Assembly: GCA_039028935.1 (NCBI GenBank)
Contig: JBCCHD010000018.1
Span: forward strand, 7,222 to 71,221
Reading direction: 5' to 3'
Source of the DNA: Pseudomonadota bacterium
Lineage (GTDB): Bacteria; Pseudomonadota; Gammaproteobacteria; Steroidobacterales; SZUA-146
DNA length: 64,000 bases
Part shown: positions 8,042-17,060 of the stretch, in pieces
How the letters are laid out: the number at the start of each line of letters is the position of its first letter
Position numbering within the stretch: position 1 is the first letter of the stretch
The notes under the pieces: model-generated
Told to the model about the DNA's origin: nothing
Seen by the model: only the letters and a program-made list of their open reading frames with translations
The model's database searches: none
Made by a program: the position numbers and the translations under genes

Positions 8042-9661
8042 ATGACTAAGAAAAATGTTGGGATATGGATTCGTGTCTCAACGCAAGATCAAGCGGAAGG
8101 CGATTCCCCAGAGCACCACCTCAAGCGCGCTAAACTCTATGCAGAAGCCCAGGAATGGAGCGTGCACACGGTGTACGATCTCGCCGGATTCAGCGGCAAG
8201 TCTGTTATGGATCATCCTGAGACCAAGAGAATGCTCAAGGATGTCAGAGAGGGTAAGATCGAAGCTCTCATATTCTCAAAACTCGCCAGATTCGGAAGAA
8301 ACACGAAAGAACTACTCGAGTTTGCAGATATTTTCAGAAAGCATGATGCAGCGCTTGTTTCATTGCACGAAGCTATTGATACCTCAACTGCCGTTGGCAA
8401 ACTCTTCTACACCATCATTGGTGCGCTCGCTGAATGGGAGCGGGAAGAAATTGCCAGCCGAGTTGCTGCTTCGATCCCGATTCGAGCAAAAGAAGGAAAG
8501 TCACTCGGAGGACAAGCTCCATATGGTTACCGATGGGTGGATAAGAAGCTGGAGCTTGACCCTGACGAAGCCCCAATCCGACGCCTGATGTTCGAGCTAT
8601 TTGTCGAACTGAAACGAAAGAAAACTGTTGCAAGAGAACTTACGAAGCGCGGCATACGTACACGAAGAAACAGACCATTCTCAGACACTTCTGTTGGCAG
8701 ACTCCTCAAAGACACAATTGTCGTCGGAGACAGAATCGTCAATCACACGAAATCCACCGGCGATGGAAAGCACTGGGAGAAAAAATCGGAAGAGGACTGG
8801 GTCGTAGTAAGCGTTCCTCCAATCGTCACAAAGCAGCTTTTTGATGAGGTCCAGCAGATTTTCGAGAGTCAGAAGAGGAAGCCCGTCCCTAAAAAAGCAA
8901 AACACCTCTTTGCAGGAATTGTGCGGTGCGAGTGCGGAAAGAACATGTACGTCTTCTCCAACTCTCCAAAGTACATCTGCAAACCCTGCAAGCGACGTAT
9001 AGCTGTTGCCGATTTAGAGAAAATCTACTTCCATCGACTGAAAAAATTCCTGCTCACACCAGCCGATCTCAAACAGTATTTGGTCCAGGCCGACGAGGAA
9101 ATCGAAAAGCGAACCCGAGAGCTCAAAGCCCTCAAGACGCAATCGGGAAAGCTCAAGAAGCAGATTGACAAAATCTATGACCTCTACATCGATGACAAGA
9201 TTTCAAAGGACGGATTTACGCTAAAGTACAAGCCGCTGGAGGAGCAGTATCTTTCGATCCTCGATCGCATACCCATTCTAGAGTCAGAAATTGACCAGAT
9301 ACGGGTCACGTATAACTCAACCGATTATTTCGCAGAAGAGACGAAGAATCTCTTCTCCTCATGGGAAACGTTCGAAGAAGAGAGAAAGAGACAAGTTATT
9401 GAATTACTGACTGATTCAATAATTGTTCATAAGGACGAAGTGGAGATAAATCTCCACTTCGTCCCTAACATCATGAACACGGAGAAAATGGCAACGAACG
9501 ATCAAGGATTCATCGCCGCGATCAGCTGGAAATGGCAGGGAAAGCGAACACGACCGGCAGAACGAGCGATCAACACTTCTCGATCTTCGAGCGGTTGTCG
9601 CAACACCTCAAGCGAGCGTCTCGAAAACTCCGGCAGCTCATCCAAGAACAACACGCCGTGA
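8042..9661 (+). CDS. Large serine recombinase (island integrase)
   Basis: N-terminal resolvase catalytic domain ([11 protein letters not shown] with the catalytic Ser, ...[28 protein letters not shown]). Recombinase domain. Zinc ribbon [24 protein letters not shown]. Coiled-coil segment ([27 protein letters not shown]). The last ~52 codons (from ~9505) lie in GC-rich comM-antisense DNA. Confidence 0.85.
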   Translation: MTKKNVGIWIRVSTQDQAEGDSPEHHLKRAKLYAEAQEWSVHTVYDLAGFSGKSVMDHPETKRMLKDVREGKIEALIFSKLARFGRNTKELLEFADIFRKHDAALVSLHEAIDTSTAVGKLFYTIIGALAEWEREEIASRVAASIPIRAKEGKSLGGQAPYGYRWVDKKLELDPDEAPIRRLMFELFVELKRKKTVARELTKRGIRTRRNRPFSDTSVGRLLKDTIVVGDRIVNHTKSTGDGKHWEKKSEEDWVVVSVPPIVTKQLFDEVQQIFESQKRKPVPKKAKHLFAGIVRCECGKNMYVFSNSPKYICKPCKRRIAVADLEKIYFHRLKKFLLTPADLKQYLVQADEEIEKRTRELKALKTQSGKLKKQIDKIYDLYIDDKISKDGFTLKYKPLEEQYLSILDRIPILESEIDQIRVTYNSTDYFAEETKNLFSSWETFEEERKRQVIELLTDSIIVHKDEVEINLHFVPNIMNTEKMATNDQGFIAAISWKWQGKRTRPAERAINTSRSSSGCRNTSSERLENSGSSSKNNTP

Positions 9662-10545
9662 TGCGCCAGGGATATTTCGCCGGGCATCGGTACGCGTCCT
9701 CCACCGACCAAGGCAATCGCGGAGAGCGTGTGGTGCGGGGCACGAAAAGACGGCAAGCACCAGCGCGACGGCGTCCGTTTCACGCCCGCCACATCGTGCA
9801 ACATCGCGCTTTCTAAAAACTGCGCACGTTCAAGATCAGGAAGAATGGTGGGCAGTCGACGGGCGAGCATGCTTTTGCCGCTGCCTGGCGGTCCGACCAT
9901 GAGCGCATGGTGTCCACCCGCTGCCGCAATCTCGAGCGCCCGGCAGGCGCGCGGTTGACCGCGCACGTCCGAGAAATCCAGTTTCTCATCTTGCGTTGCC
10001 TCGGACTCCTCACCCGACGACCTCAAGAGACTGTGAGTGCCTTGCAGGAACGCCGCCACCTCGACGAGCGTGTGTGCGCCCAGCAAGTGCCTGTTACCCG
10101 CACCGACGGTGGCCGGCAAACTCGACACCGGCATAATGACTTCAACCTTCGCTTCGAGCGTGGCGATCGCGATGGACAACGCGCCTCGCATGTGTCGTAG
10201 CTCACCGTTTAACGACAGTTCACCATAGAGCTCAAAACCCGCCATCTCCACATCCCGTAGCTGGCGCGACGCCAAGAGAATGCCAACCGCAATCGACAAG
10301 TCGAAATTACCCCCGGCTTTGGGCACATTCGCCGGAGCCAGGTTCACGGTGATACGGCGAGCGGGAAAATCGAAGCCTGAGTTAATCAACGCCGACCGCA
10401 CTCGATCTTTGCTCTCTCGCACTGCCGCTTCGGGTACACCCACCATGTAAAAGCCAGGTAGTCCGCCCGAGATGTGCACTTCCACCTGCACGCGCGGCGC
10501 TTCGATGCCCACACGAGCGCGGCAGTTAACGGTGGCAAACGACAC
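9502..10545 (-). pseudogene. comM: comM/yifB (Mg-chelatase-like ATPase), 3'-truncated by island insertion
   Basis: [53 protein letters not shown]... plus Walker [11 protein letters not shown] and [11 protein letters not shown]. The frame ends at FQLIAAMNP, whereas full-length ComM proteins run ~500 aa and continue after AAMNP into a Cys-rich motif. The missing ~150 codons are not downstream. Confidence 0.85.
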
Positions 10546-10731
10546 GATCGCACTCCTTGCGTCGTAACAGTGGCCGCTATCCGTAGCGGTGATTAAGTCG
10601 GATTCGATGAAAACGAACGCCGACGCGATGGCAGGTTCAGATAGGTCGCATCACGCGACCAAACGGTCAACGCTCGCCGACGATGTCAGCGGCGCCTGAA
10701 AATCGGGCGCAACCGAAGAGGATCGGCCACC

Positions 10732-11004
10732 CTATTCGCTTTTACCTTTAACGTCGGCTTCGAGTTCCGCGAGACGCTCGAGCATCTGCTCAAGCTTGGC
10801 ACGCGTTTTTTGCAGGACGGCAGCCTGCACATCAAACTCTTCGCGCGACACGAGGTTCATCTTACCAAGCACCGAATGCAGTGTGCTCTTGAAATTACTC
10901 TCAAGGTCGCTTTGCATCGCCTTAACATTCTCAGGCAGTCGCCCCATAAGGCGTCTTGCTAAGTCATCGATCAGCTGCGGGTCCACGTTGATTCCTTTTG
11001 TCAT
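10732..11004 (-). CDS. ubiK: UbiK/YqiC family accessory factor
   Basis: From ATG 11004: MTKGINVDPQLIDDLARRLMGRLPENVKAMQSDLESNFKSTLHSVLGKMNLVSREEFDVQAAVLQKTRAKLEQ... This ~90-aa coiled-coil protein matches the BMFP/UbiK pattern, and its position between comM and glnK matches Pseudomonas. Confidence 0.7.
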   Translation of the reverse strand: MTKGINVDPQLIDDLARRLMGRLPENVKAMQSDLESNFKSTLHSVLGKMNLVSREEFDVQAAVLQKTRAKLEQMLERLAELEADVKGKSE

Positions 11005-11255
11005 GACACGTCGCAGTGGCAGGACTGCGCCGCCACCAGTCTCTCTAGTGTACCGCAGCACCAGCTGGTCGCGACCCGAGAATCGGGTTTATTCGCTCAA
11101 TTTCTGATGAGATGCATTAAATTTATAGCCAATACGCGGCCGCGACGGGCGTTTAACGTTAAGTCGCGGCACGAAACCCCAGGCTTTACATCGCAATAGA
11201 TGAACGCGATAAAGACGAGCGATCGTGCGGTGTTCGACTCACACAATCGCCACGA

Positions 11256-11921
11256 TCACAGCCGATCAAACCGATACGGTCCAACCACCGCTCCCCAAAC
11301 CTGAACGCCCTCGGCATCGTAGCCCCGATCCCAGCTGGTGATGCCCTCCGGGGTGATGACCACTTCGGAGGTGGCATAACTCGCGCCGCGCAGCGAGCTC
11401 AAACAGTCATTCGCTCGCGTGCTGCCTTCGAAATGGTCGCGCGCGGGGCGGGTAAGAAACACCGCACAACCAGTGCGCAACGACAACGCGTCGGGCGACA
11501 GGCGCTCAAACGCGGCCACGTTTTTCCAGGCGCCGGCGTACTGCAGGGGTTCGGGCAACTCGAATACGGCGCTTTGCCAATCGTTATCATCGCCGGTGAC
11601 CTGATACACACGCTGGCGATACGGTCGATCGAGCGCCGAGGCGGCAGCCTGCTCAACATACAGCCAAATGCCGTCAGTGCGGTCGGCCCAGATACGCACC
11701 ATCTCAAGTCGGATATCAAAATATTGACTGTCCGTGGCGGCCTGCTTTGCACTGCTGAACGAACCGATCATCAGTGCGCCGAGTTCGTTAAGCCGATCCT
11801 CCGCGTCCCCGGTTGGCGGCTCAACGTGCGCACAACCACTAACAAGCAGTGCGCTGCTCATCCACACCACCCACGCATTGATCAATTGCCTGCGTACGCC
11901 ATGACGTGTGCTACGACTCAT
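11256..11921 (-). CDS. CpcT/CpeT (DUF1001) family lipoprotein
   Basis: From ATG 11921 there is a signal peptide with lipobox LLVSGC. GSFSSAKQAATDSQYFDIRLEMVRIWADRTDGIWLYVEQA...RPYRQRVYQV resembles the CpcT/CpeT lipocalin-like family. Confidence 0.6.
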   Translation of the reverse strand: MSRSTRHGVRRQLINAWVVWMSSALLVSGCAHVEPPTGDAEDRLNELGALMIGSFSSAKQAATDSQYFDIRLEMVRIWADRTDGIWLYVEQAAASALDRPYRQRVYQVTGDDNDWQSAVFELPEPLQYAGAWKNVAAFERLSPDALSLRTGCAVFLTRPARDHFEGSTRANDCLSSLRGASYATSEVVITPEGITSWDRGYDAEGVQVWGAVVGPYRFDRL

Positions 11922-12035
11922 CGACTGTTCCTCCGTTATCGAGCGCTGAGTATACCGCGACCGGCACACCAGGCCCGACGCCGCTCCGACGAGAACCACA
12001 GCGATCCACGGGGGACGCGCCGTCGGGTCCAGCGT

Positions 12036-12938
12036 TTAGCAGGCACCCAGCCCCGGACCCGGCGCGCCCAAAAACTGCTGCGTTACGAAACTCAAATCCA
12101 AAAAGTTGATGGCTCCGTCGCCATTGATATCGAACAACAAATCCGCCCCCAGAAATGCACCCGAAAACAACGACAGATCCACAAAGTTAATTAGGCAGTC
12201 GTTATTAAAGTCAGCGTCGCAGGCGTTGCCATAGCCATCACCATCGATATCGATCTGATTGGCGTTGGCGGTGGTCGTACAGTTATCCGTCGCATCATCA
12301 ATACCATCGCCATCGGTGTCCGCGCCAGCAGACAAACCGTATTGCAGATGATCCACCTCAATGCCGCCACTCGAATTACTGATGCGAATACTCGCGATAC
12401 CCGCCGCATGCTCAATACCAAAAAACCGATCTTCGTTAGTTTGCCCATTAAAGGTTGGGCCCGAGATCGCAATCGGGCCGATACTGCCCACCATTGAGCC
12501 GGCCGCATCGAAGGCCTCAAATACGGTATTGCCCGCACCGTCGGTCCAGACAATGCCGGCGTGAGTGGGCAGCGAACCTAACAGCATCGCATCAAACTCA
12601 AACGTGATGCCGGTACTGCCCGATGAGAAAAACAGCGATTCGCCGTCACTGCCCGAACCATCGATCACGCCGTCGTCGGCGTCGACCGAATCGACAATGG
12701 TTGGAAACGTTAGGCTGGTGATCTGCACCGGCTCGTTGACCGTCACACCCGGCACATCAAGCACCTGGTCCTCGAAATCCTCCAGATGAAAGTAGTTGAA
12801 CCCCTGACCATCAAACGGGCTGTCCGCAACACCGAAATACGGATTGGGACCGATCAGCGTGTCGCTGACAGCCGGCGGGGCAAATACGAAAGCAAGCACC
12901 GACGCGAACGCAACGGGCGTGAAATGGCGAACATTCAT
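12036..12938 (-). CDS. Secreted protein with C-terminal thrombospondin-type-3 repeats and dockerin-like Ca-binding repeats
   Basis: From ATG 12938 there is a signal peptide MNVRHFTPVAFASVLAFVFAPPAVS. The C-terminus reads DTDGDGIDDATDNCTTTANANQIDIDGDGYGNACDADFNNDCLINFVDLS...DINGDGAINFLDLS. Confidence 0.6.
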   Translation of the reverse strand: MNVRHFTPVAFASVLAFVFAPPAVSDTLIGPNPYFGVADSPFDGQGFNYFHLEDFEDQVLDVPGVTVNEPVQITSLTFPTIVDSVDADDGVIDGSGSDGESLFFSSGSTGITFEFDAMLLGSLPTHAGIVWTDGAGNTVFEAFDAAGSMVGSIGPIAISGPTFNGQTNEDRFFGIEHAAGIASIRISNSSGGIEVDHLQYGLSAGADTDGDGIDDATDNCTTTANANQIDIDGDGYGNACDADFNNDCLINFVDLSLFSGAFLGADLLFDINGDGAINFLDLSFVTQQFLGAPGPGLGAC

Positions 12939-13091
12939 GTCCACTCTCCTTGTTGACGTGAGATCACAAATCTCTGTGCACTGGAAACCCTTTCCAGCCA
13001 TCGCCCTCAGCATACCCCATCGGCCACCAGGGTGGGCGAGGACGTCGATTAATGGCCTTCTGTCCAGTCGATAATCGACCGGCCTAACTGA

Positions 13092-13598
<507 letters not shown>

Positions 13599-13720
13599 TC
13601 CGATTTTTCGACACAATTCCTGACAAATCAGGGGTTTTTCGTCGTTTTGTGACCCCACCAGGGGTGTTCTCATCGGTATTTTGTGATAATGCCCTTTCAC
13701 GAATACCGAGACTGAACATC

Positions 13721-14185
13721 ATGAAAAATCAGATCACCTCCTTTATCTGTGTGGCCGTGCTCGCGCTGAGCATTGGCGCCTCGGCCAATGACGAGTCGGA
13801 AGTGTACAAATGGACCGACGCAAACGGTCGCGTGCACTACTCTGACAAACCCGACAACGTCGATCATGAAGTGCTCAACATCAAGTCGCGCCGCACCGAC
13901 AAAGCCGCGATTGCCCGCGCCGTACAGGTGCGTATCGACGATCAGCAGTCAGCTCTGGCCGATGCGGCTGCCAAGGCGATGATGGACGCGGAACGTCAAC
14001 AGAATGAAGATGTGCGTGAAGAAAACTGTCGACGCGCCACCGAGGCGGTTACCAGTCTTCGCAACGCCACTCGCCTGTATTTACCGGGCGAAAACGGCGA
14101 ACGACGTTACTTGAGCGACGATGAGATCGCCGAGCGATTGAAGCAAGCCGAAAAAGACAAAGCCGACTGGTGCGCTGAGCGCTAA
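13721..14185 (+). CDS. DUF4124 domain-containing secreted protein
   Basis: Signal peptide MKNQITSFICVAVLALSIGASA, then VYKWTDANGRVHYSDKP (DUF4124 signature). Confidence 0.65.
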   Translation: MKNQITSFICVAVLALSIGASANDESEVYKWTDANGRVHYSDKPDNVDHEVLNIKSRRTDKAAIARAVQVRIDDQQSALADAAAKAMMDAERQQNEDVREENCRRATEAVTSLRNATRLYLPGENGERRYLSDDEIAERLKQAEKDKADWCAER

Positions 14186-14266
14186 CCCGCAAGCGCGACA
14201 GGGGGGTTCTTGGCATAATGCGCGCTGGATGGCGTAAACGCCCCGCACCTGACGGAGACGCTGCGT

Positions 14267-15394
14267 ATGCCAGACACTGGCATCGACACCCCTTCTAAGC
14301 CCGGCGCACACGCGCCGGGCGTTCTGAGCCCCGGCGCGTCTAACGCCATCGCGCAGGACTCCTATCTCCCCGATTTTTGCTCCGGCAAAACGGCCCTCGC
14401 CATCGTGCTGATCGCCGAGCTTGTTGCCATTACTCTCGCGCTCGCCGGCACCGCATCCGCCGAGAACTTCTGGACCGATCTGGCACGTCTGTCGATGCTG
14501 CTGCTATGGGTAGGTTTGGCGAATGCCGCTGTATTGTGTGTGGCTCGTCGATTTTTGGTGGGTGCCAGCGTCACGAAAGTCACCGCGGTCAGCATGACGC
14601 TAATTTTGCTGGTGTGCGCCATCATATCCGAACTCACGTTTCAGCTCGGTCAGTTTGCCTTTCCGGATCCCAGCACCCAGTCGCTGTTTCCGCGCGAGCG
14701 AGGCCCATTCATTGCGCGGACATTGGGCATCAGCTTTATCACCGGTGCGCTGATGTTGCGCTATTTTTACGTGACTCAACAATGGCGAAAAAACGTACAG
14801 CTTGAAGCGCGCTCTCGTGTGCGCGCACTGCAAGCGCGCATTCGACCACACTTCCTGTTTAACAGCATGAACACGATCGCCGAACTCACGCGCTCCGACC
14901 CGCTGATGGCCGAACAGGCCGTTGAAGATCTCGCGGATTTGTTTCGTGCAACCCTCGCCGATTCCATGCAAAAAGTGCGCATTAAGGACGAGCTGGAAAT
15001 GGCGCGCATGTATCAGCGTATCGAACAACTACGCCTGGGCGATCGACTGACCGTGGAATGGGCCGTCGAAACACTGCCGATGCGCGCGCTTATTCCAGGC
15101 ATCAGCATTCAGCCGCTGCTCGAAAACGCCATCTATCATGGCATCGAACCAATGGCCCAAGGTGGCACGATATTGGTCGAAGGCGAAACAAAAGGTGACT
15201 TTGTCACGATCATGATCAGCAACCCGGTCGCACCGGACAACCGCGGCGGCCGCAAAGGCGGCAACCACATTGCGCTGGACAACATTCGTCAGCGCTTTGA
15301 TCTTGCGTATGATGGGCAAGCCAATGTCAAAACCAGCCTCATCGACGACCGATTCAGCGTGTATTTGCGATTTCCTCTACGAGAGCACGAATGA
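14267..15394 (+). CDS. algZ: LytS/AlgZ(FimS)-type sensor histidine kinase
   Basis: Four N-terminal transmembrane segments, then ALQARIRPHFLFNSMNTIAELTR (His_kinase/LytS H-box) and a C-terminal HATPase region (QPLLENAIYHG). It overlaps the LytTR regulator gene, and hemC lies downstream as in Pseudomonas. Confidence 0.75.
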   Translation: MPDTGIDTPSKPGAHAPGVLSPGASNAIAQDSYLPDFCSGKTALAIVLIAELVAITLALAGTASAENFWTDLARLSMLLLWVGLANAAVLCVARRFLVGASVTKVTAVSMTLILLVCAIISELTFQLGQFAFPDPSTQSLFPRERGPFIARTLGISFITGALMLRYFYVTQQWRKNVQLEARSRVRALQARIRPHFLFNSMNTIAELTRSDPLMAEQAVEDLADLFRATLADSMQKVRIKDELEMARMYQRIEQLRLGDRLTVEWAVETLPMRALIPGISIQPLLENAIYHGIEPMAQGGTILVEGETKGDFVTIMISNPVAPDNRGGRKGGNHIALDNIRQRFDLAYDGQANVKTSLIDDRFSVYLRFPLREHE

Positions 15395-16146
15395 GCGACC
15401 GATCCTATAAAGTCATTGTCGTCGACGATGAAGCGCCTGCGCGCGGTCGACTCAAACGACTCATCGAAGACTTTGATCACTACACGTGCGTGGGCGAGGC
15501 GAGTCATGGGCTTCAGGCGCTCGAGCAAGTGGAGGCGCATCAACCCCACATCGTATTGCTCGATATCCGCATGCCCGGCATGGACGGTATCGAGGCGGCC
15601 CGTCACTTGTCTGAGCTCGACGAACCGCCGGCGGTCATTTTTGCGACGGCGTATAACGAGTATGCCGTCGACGCGTTCGACGCACAGGCGATCGCGTATC
15701 TGATGAAGCCGATTCGACGTGAGAAACTGGCGCGGGCCTTATCCCACGCGACGCGTCTGACTACACGACAAATTGATACACTCGCAACCGAGGCCAATAC
15801 CCGCGCACCGCGCACGCATCTGTCGGCGCGCATGGGTGATCGACTGCGCCTGATCCCCTGGGAGGACATTCACTACTTTCAAGCCGATCAGAAATACGTC
15901 ATGGTGGGGCTTGCCGACGAAGAAATTTTGATCGACGATTCGCTCAAGAGCCTAGAAGAAGAGTTTGGCGATCTGGTGTTTCGAGTACACCGCAACGCGC
16001 TGGTTGTCGTGCGCTATCTTCGGGCCTTGGAAAAACAGCCGGATGGCTCGCAGATGGCATTGGTGGGAGACGCACGCAAACCGCTTGCGGTGAGTCGACG
16101 CCACGTATCCAGCCTGCGCAAACTCATCAAGAGTAACCAACGATGA
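15391..16146 (+). CDS. algR: LytTR-family response regulator
   Basis: Receiver domain [12 protein letters not shown]...[12 protein letters not shown] plus a C-terminal LytTR domain ([13 protein letters not shown]...FRVHRNALV). It overlaps both algZ and hemC (ATGA overlaps). Confidence 0.8.
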   Translation: MSDRSYKVIVVDDEAPARGRLKRLIEDFDHYTCVGEASHGLQALEQVEAHQPHIVLLDIRMPGMDGIEAARHLSELDEPPAVIFATAYNEYAVDAFDAQAIAYLMKPIRREKLARALSHATRLTTRQIDTLATEANTRAPRTHLSARMGDRLRLIPWEDIHYFQADQKYVMVGLADEEILIDDSLKSLEEEFGDLVFRVHRNALVVVRYLRALEKQPDGSQMALVGDARKPLAVSRRHVSSLRKLIKSNQR

Positions 16147-17051
16147 CCACACTTCGTATTGCCACACGTCAAAGTCCGCTGGCTTTATGGCAGGCTGAAC
16201 ATGTACGTGACGCACTCCTACGCGCTCATCCAACCCTATCTGTGGAGTTGTTGCCGTTGTCCACGCGCGGCGATGAAATTCTCGACAAGAGTCTGGCTAA
16301 GATTGGCGGCAAAGGTCTCTTTATTAAAGAACTGGAAGTGGCCATGCTCGAGGGTCGCGCAGACTTGGCGGTGCATTCCATGAAGGACGTGCCGGTCGAA
16401 CTCCCCGACGGCATGACGCTCGCGGCCATACTCGAGCGCGAAAACCCCACCGACGCCCTCGTGAGCAACACCGTGTCGTCATTAGATGAGCTCCAAGCCG
16501 GCGCGGTCGTGGGCACCTCGAGTTTGCGCCGTCAAGCGCAGCTGTTGAACAAACGACCCGACCTGGTAGTGCGGCCGTTGCGCGGCAACGTGGGCACGCG
16601 ATTGGCCAAGCTTGATGCGGGTGAATTCGACGCGATCGTATTGGCGTCGGCTGGCCTTATTCGTCTCGAGCTGGCAGAACGCATAGCCAACGAACTGGAC
16701 GTGCGCGTCTGTATGCCTGCGGCGGGACAAGGTGCGGTCGGCATCGAATGCCGCGTGGACGACACCGCTACGCAAGAACTCGTGAGCGCACTGGCGCACG
16801 CTGACACCACGGCGCGCGTCACGGCTGAACGCGCGGTCACCCATGCTCTAGGGGGCTCTTGCACCTCTCCGATCGCTGTTTATGCGACGCACAAAAGTGG
16901 CATAATCCAGTTGGGGGCACGCGTGGCGGATCCGGATGGCAGTGAAATGCTGGAGACAATCGCCCGCGGCGACGCTGCCGAGGCCGCTTCATTGGGCAAA
17001 CGCGCAGCGACATCACTCACCAATATGGGTGCAGCGCGCTACCTGATATAG
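16143..17051 (+). CDS. hemC: Hydroxymethylbilane synthase (porphobilinogen deaminase)
   Basis: [22 protein letters not shown]...[27 protein letters not shown]...[11 protein letters not shown]. Confidence 0.92.
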   Translation: MTTLRIATRQSPLALWQAEHVRDALLRAHPTLSVELLPLSTRGDEILDKSLAKIGGKGLFIKELEVAMLEGRADLAVHSMKDVPVELPDGMTLAAILERENPTDALVSNTVSSLDELQAGAVVGTSSLRRQAQLLNKRPDLVVRPLRGNVGTRLAKLDAGEFDAIVLASAGLIRLELAERIANELDVRVCMPAAGQGAVGIECRVDDTATQELVSALAHADTTARVTAERAVTHALGGSCTSPIAVYATHKSGIIQLGARVADPDGSEMLETIARGDAAEAASLGKRAATSLTNMGAARYLI

Positions 17052-17060
17052 GACGGCTGA

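Larger units (their letters stand above)
1..9505. mobile_element. Right-hand portion of an integrative genomic island inserted in comM/yifB (left end outside window)
   Basis: Composition changes abruptly by eye at ~9500, from AT-richer DNA with few spurious ORFs to GC-rich DNA with ORFs in all frames. A large serine recombinase gene lies at the extreme right end. The comM reading frame stops abruptly at ...FQLIAAMNP at nt ~9505. Cargo is typical of mobile islands (RadC, XRE regulator, T4CP-like ATPases). Confidence 0.75.

Noticed and set aside
8055-8588. 177-aa alternative-frame ORF, and several 60-80-aa ORFs on both strands, inside the serine recombinase gene
   Set aside because: The recombinase frame carries unmistakable resolvase, recombinase and zinc-ribbon motifs. 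The overlapping frames are Ser/Arg/Leu-rich with no motif or RBS.
9532-10228. Multiple 60-100-aa ORFs in all frames across comM, and likewise across ubiB (34021..34776), tdk (55259..55936), xerC/DUF484 (28674..29348), trpA (41993..42754), trpD (45845..46450), trpE (47921..48352), hemD/X (17595..18098) and SLC13 (50410..51250)
   Set aside because: These are typical high-GC antisense or off-frame open frames. In each case the other frame encodes a protein with strong family motifs.
13599-13720. Expected amtB downstream of glnK
   Set aside because: No ammonium-transporter-like frame is present. The next gene is a DUF4124 protein. The P-II gene may be glnB-like or an orphan, which is not unusual enough to report as a finding.
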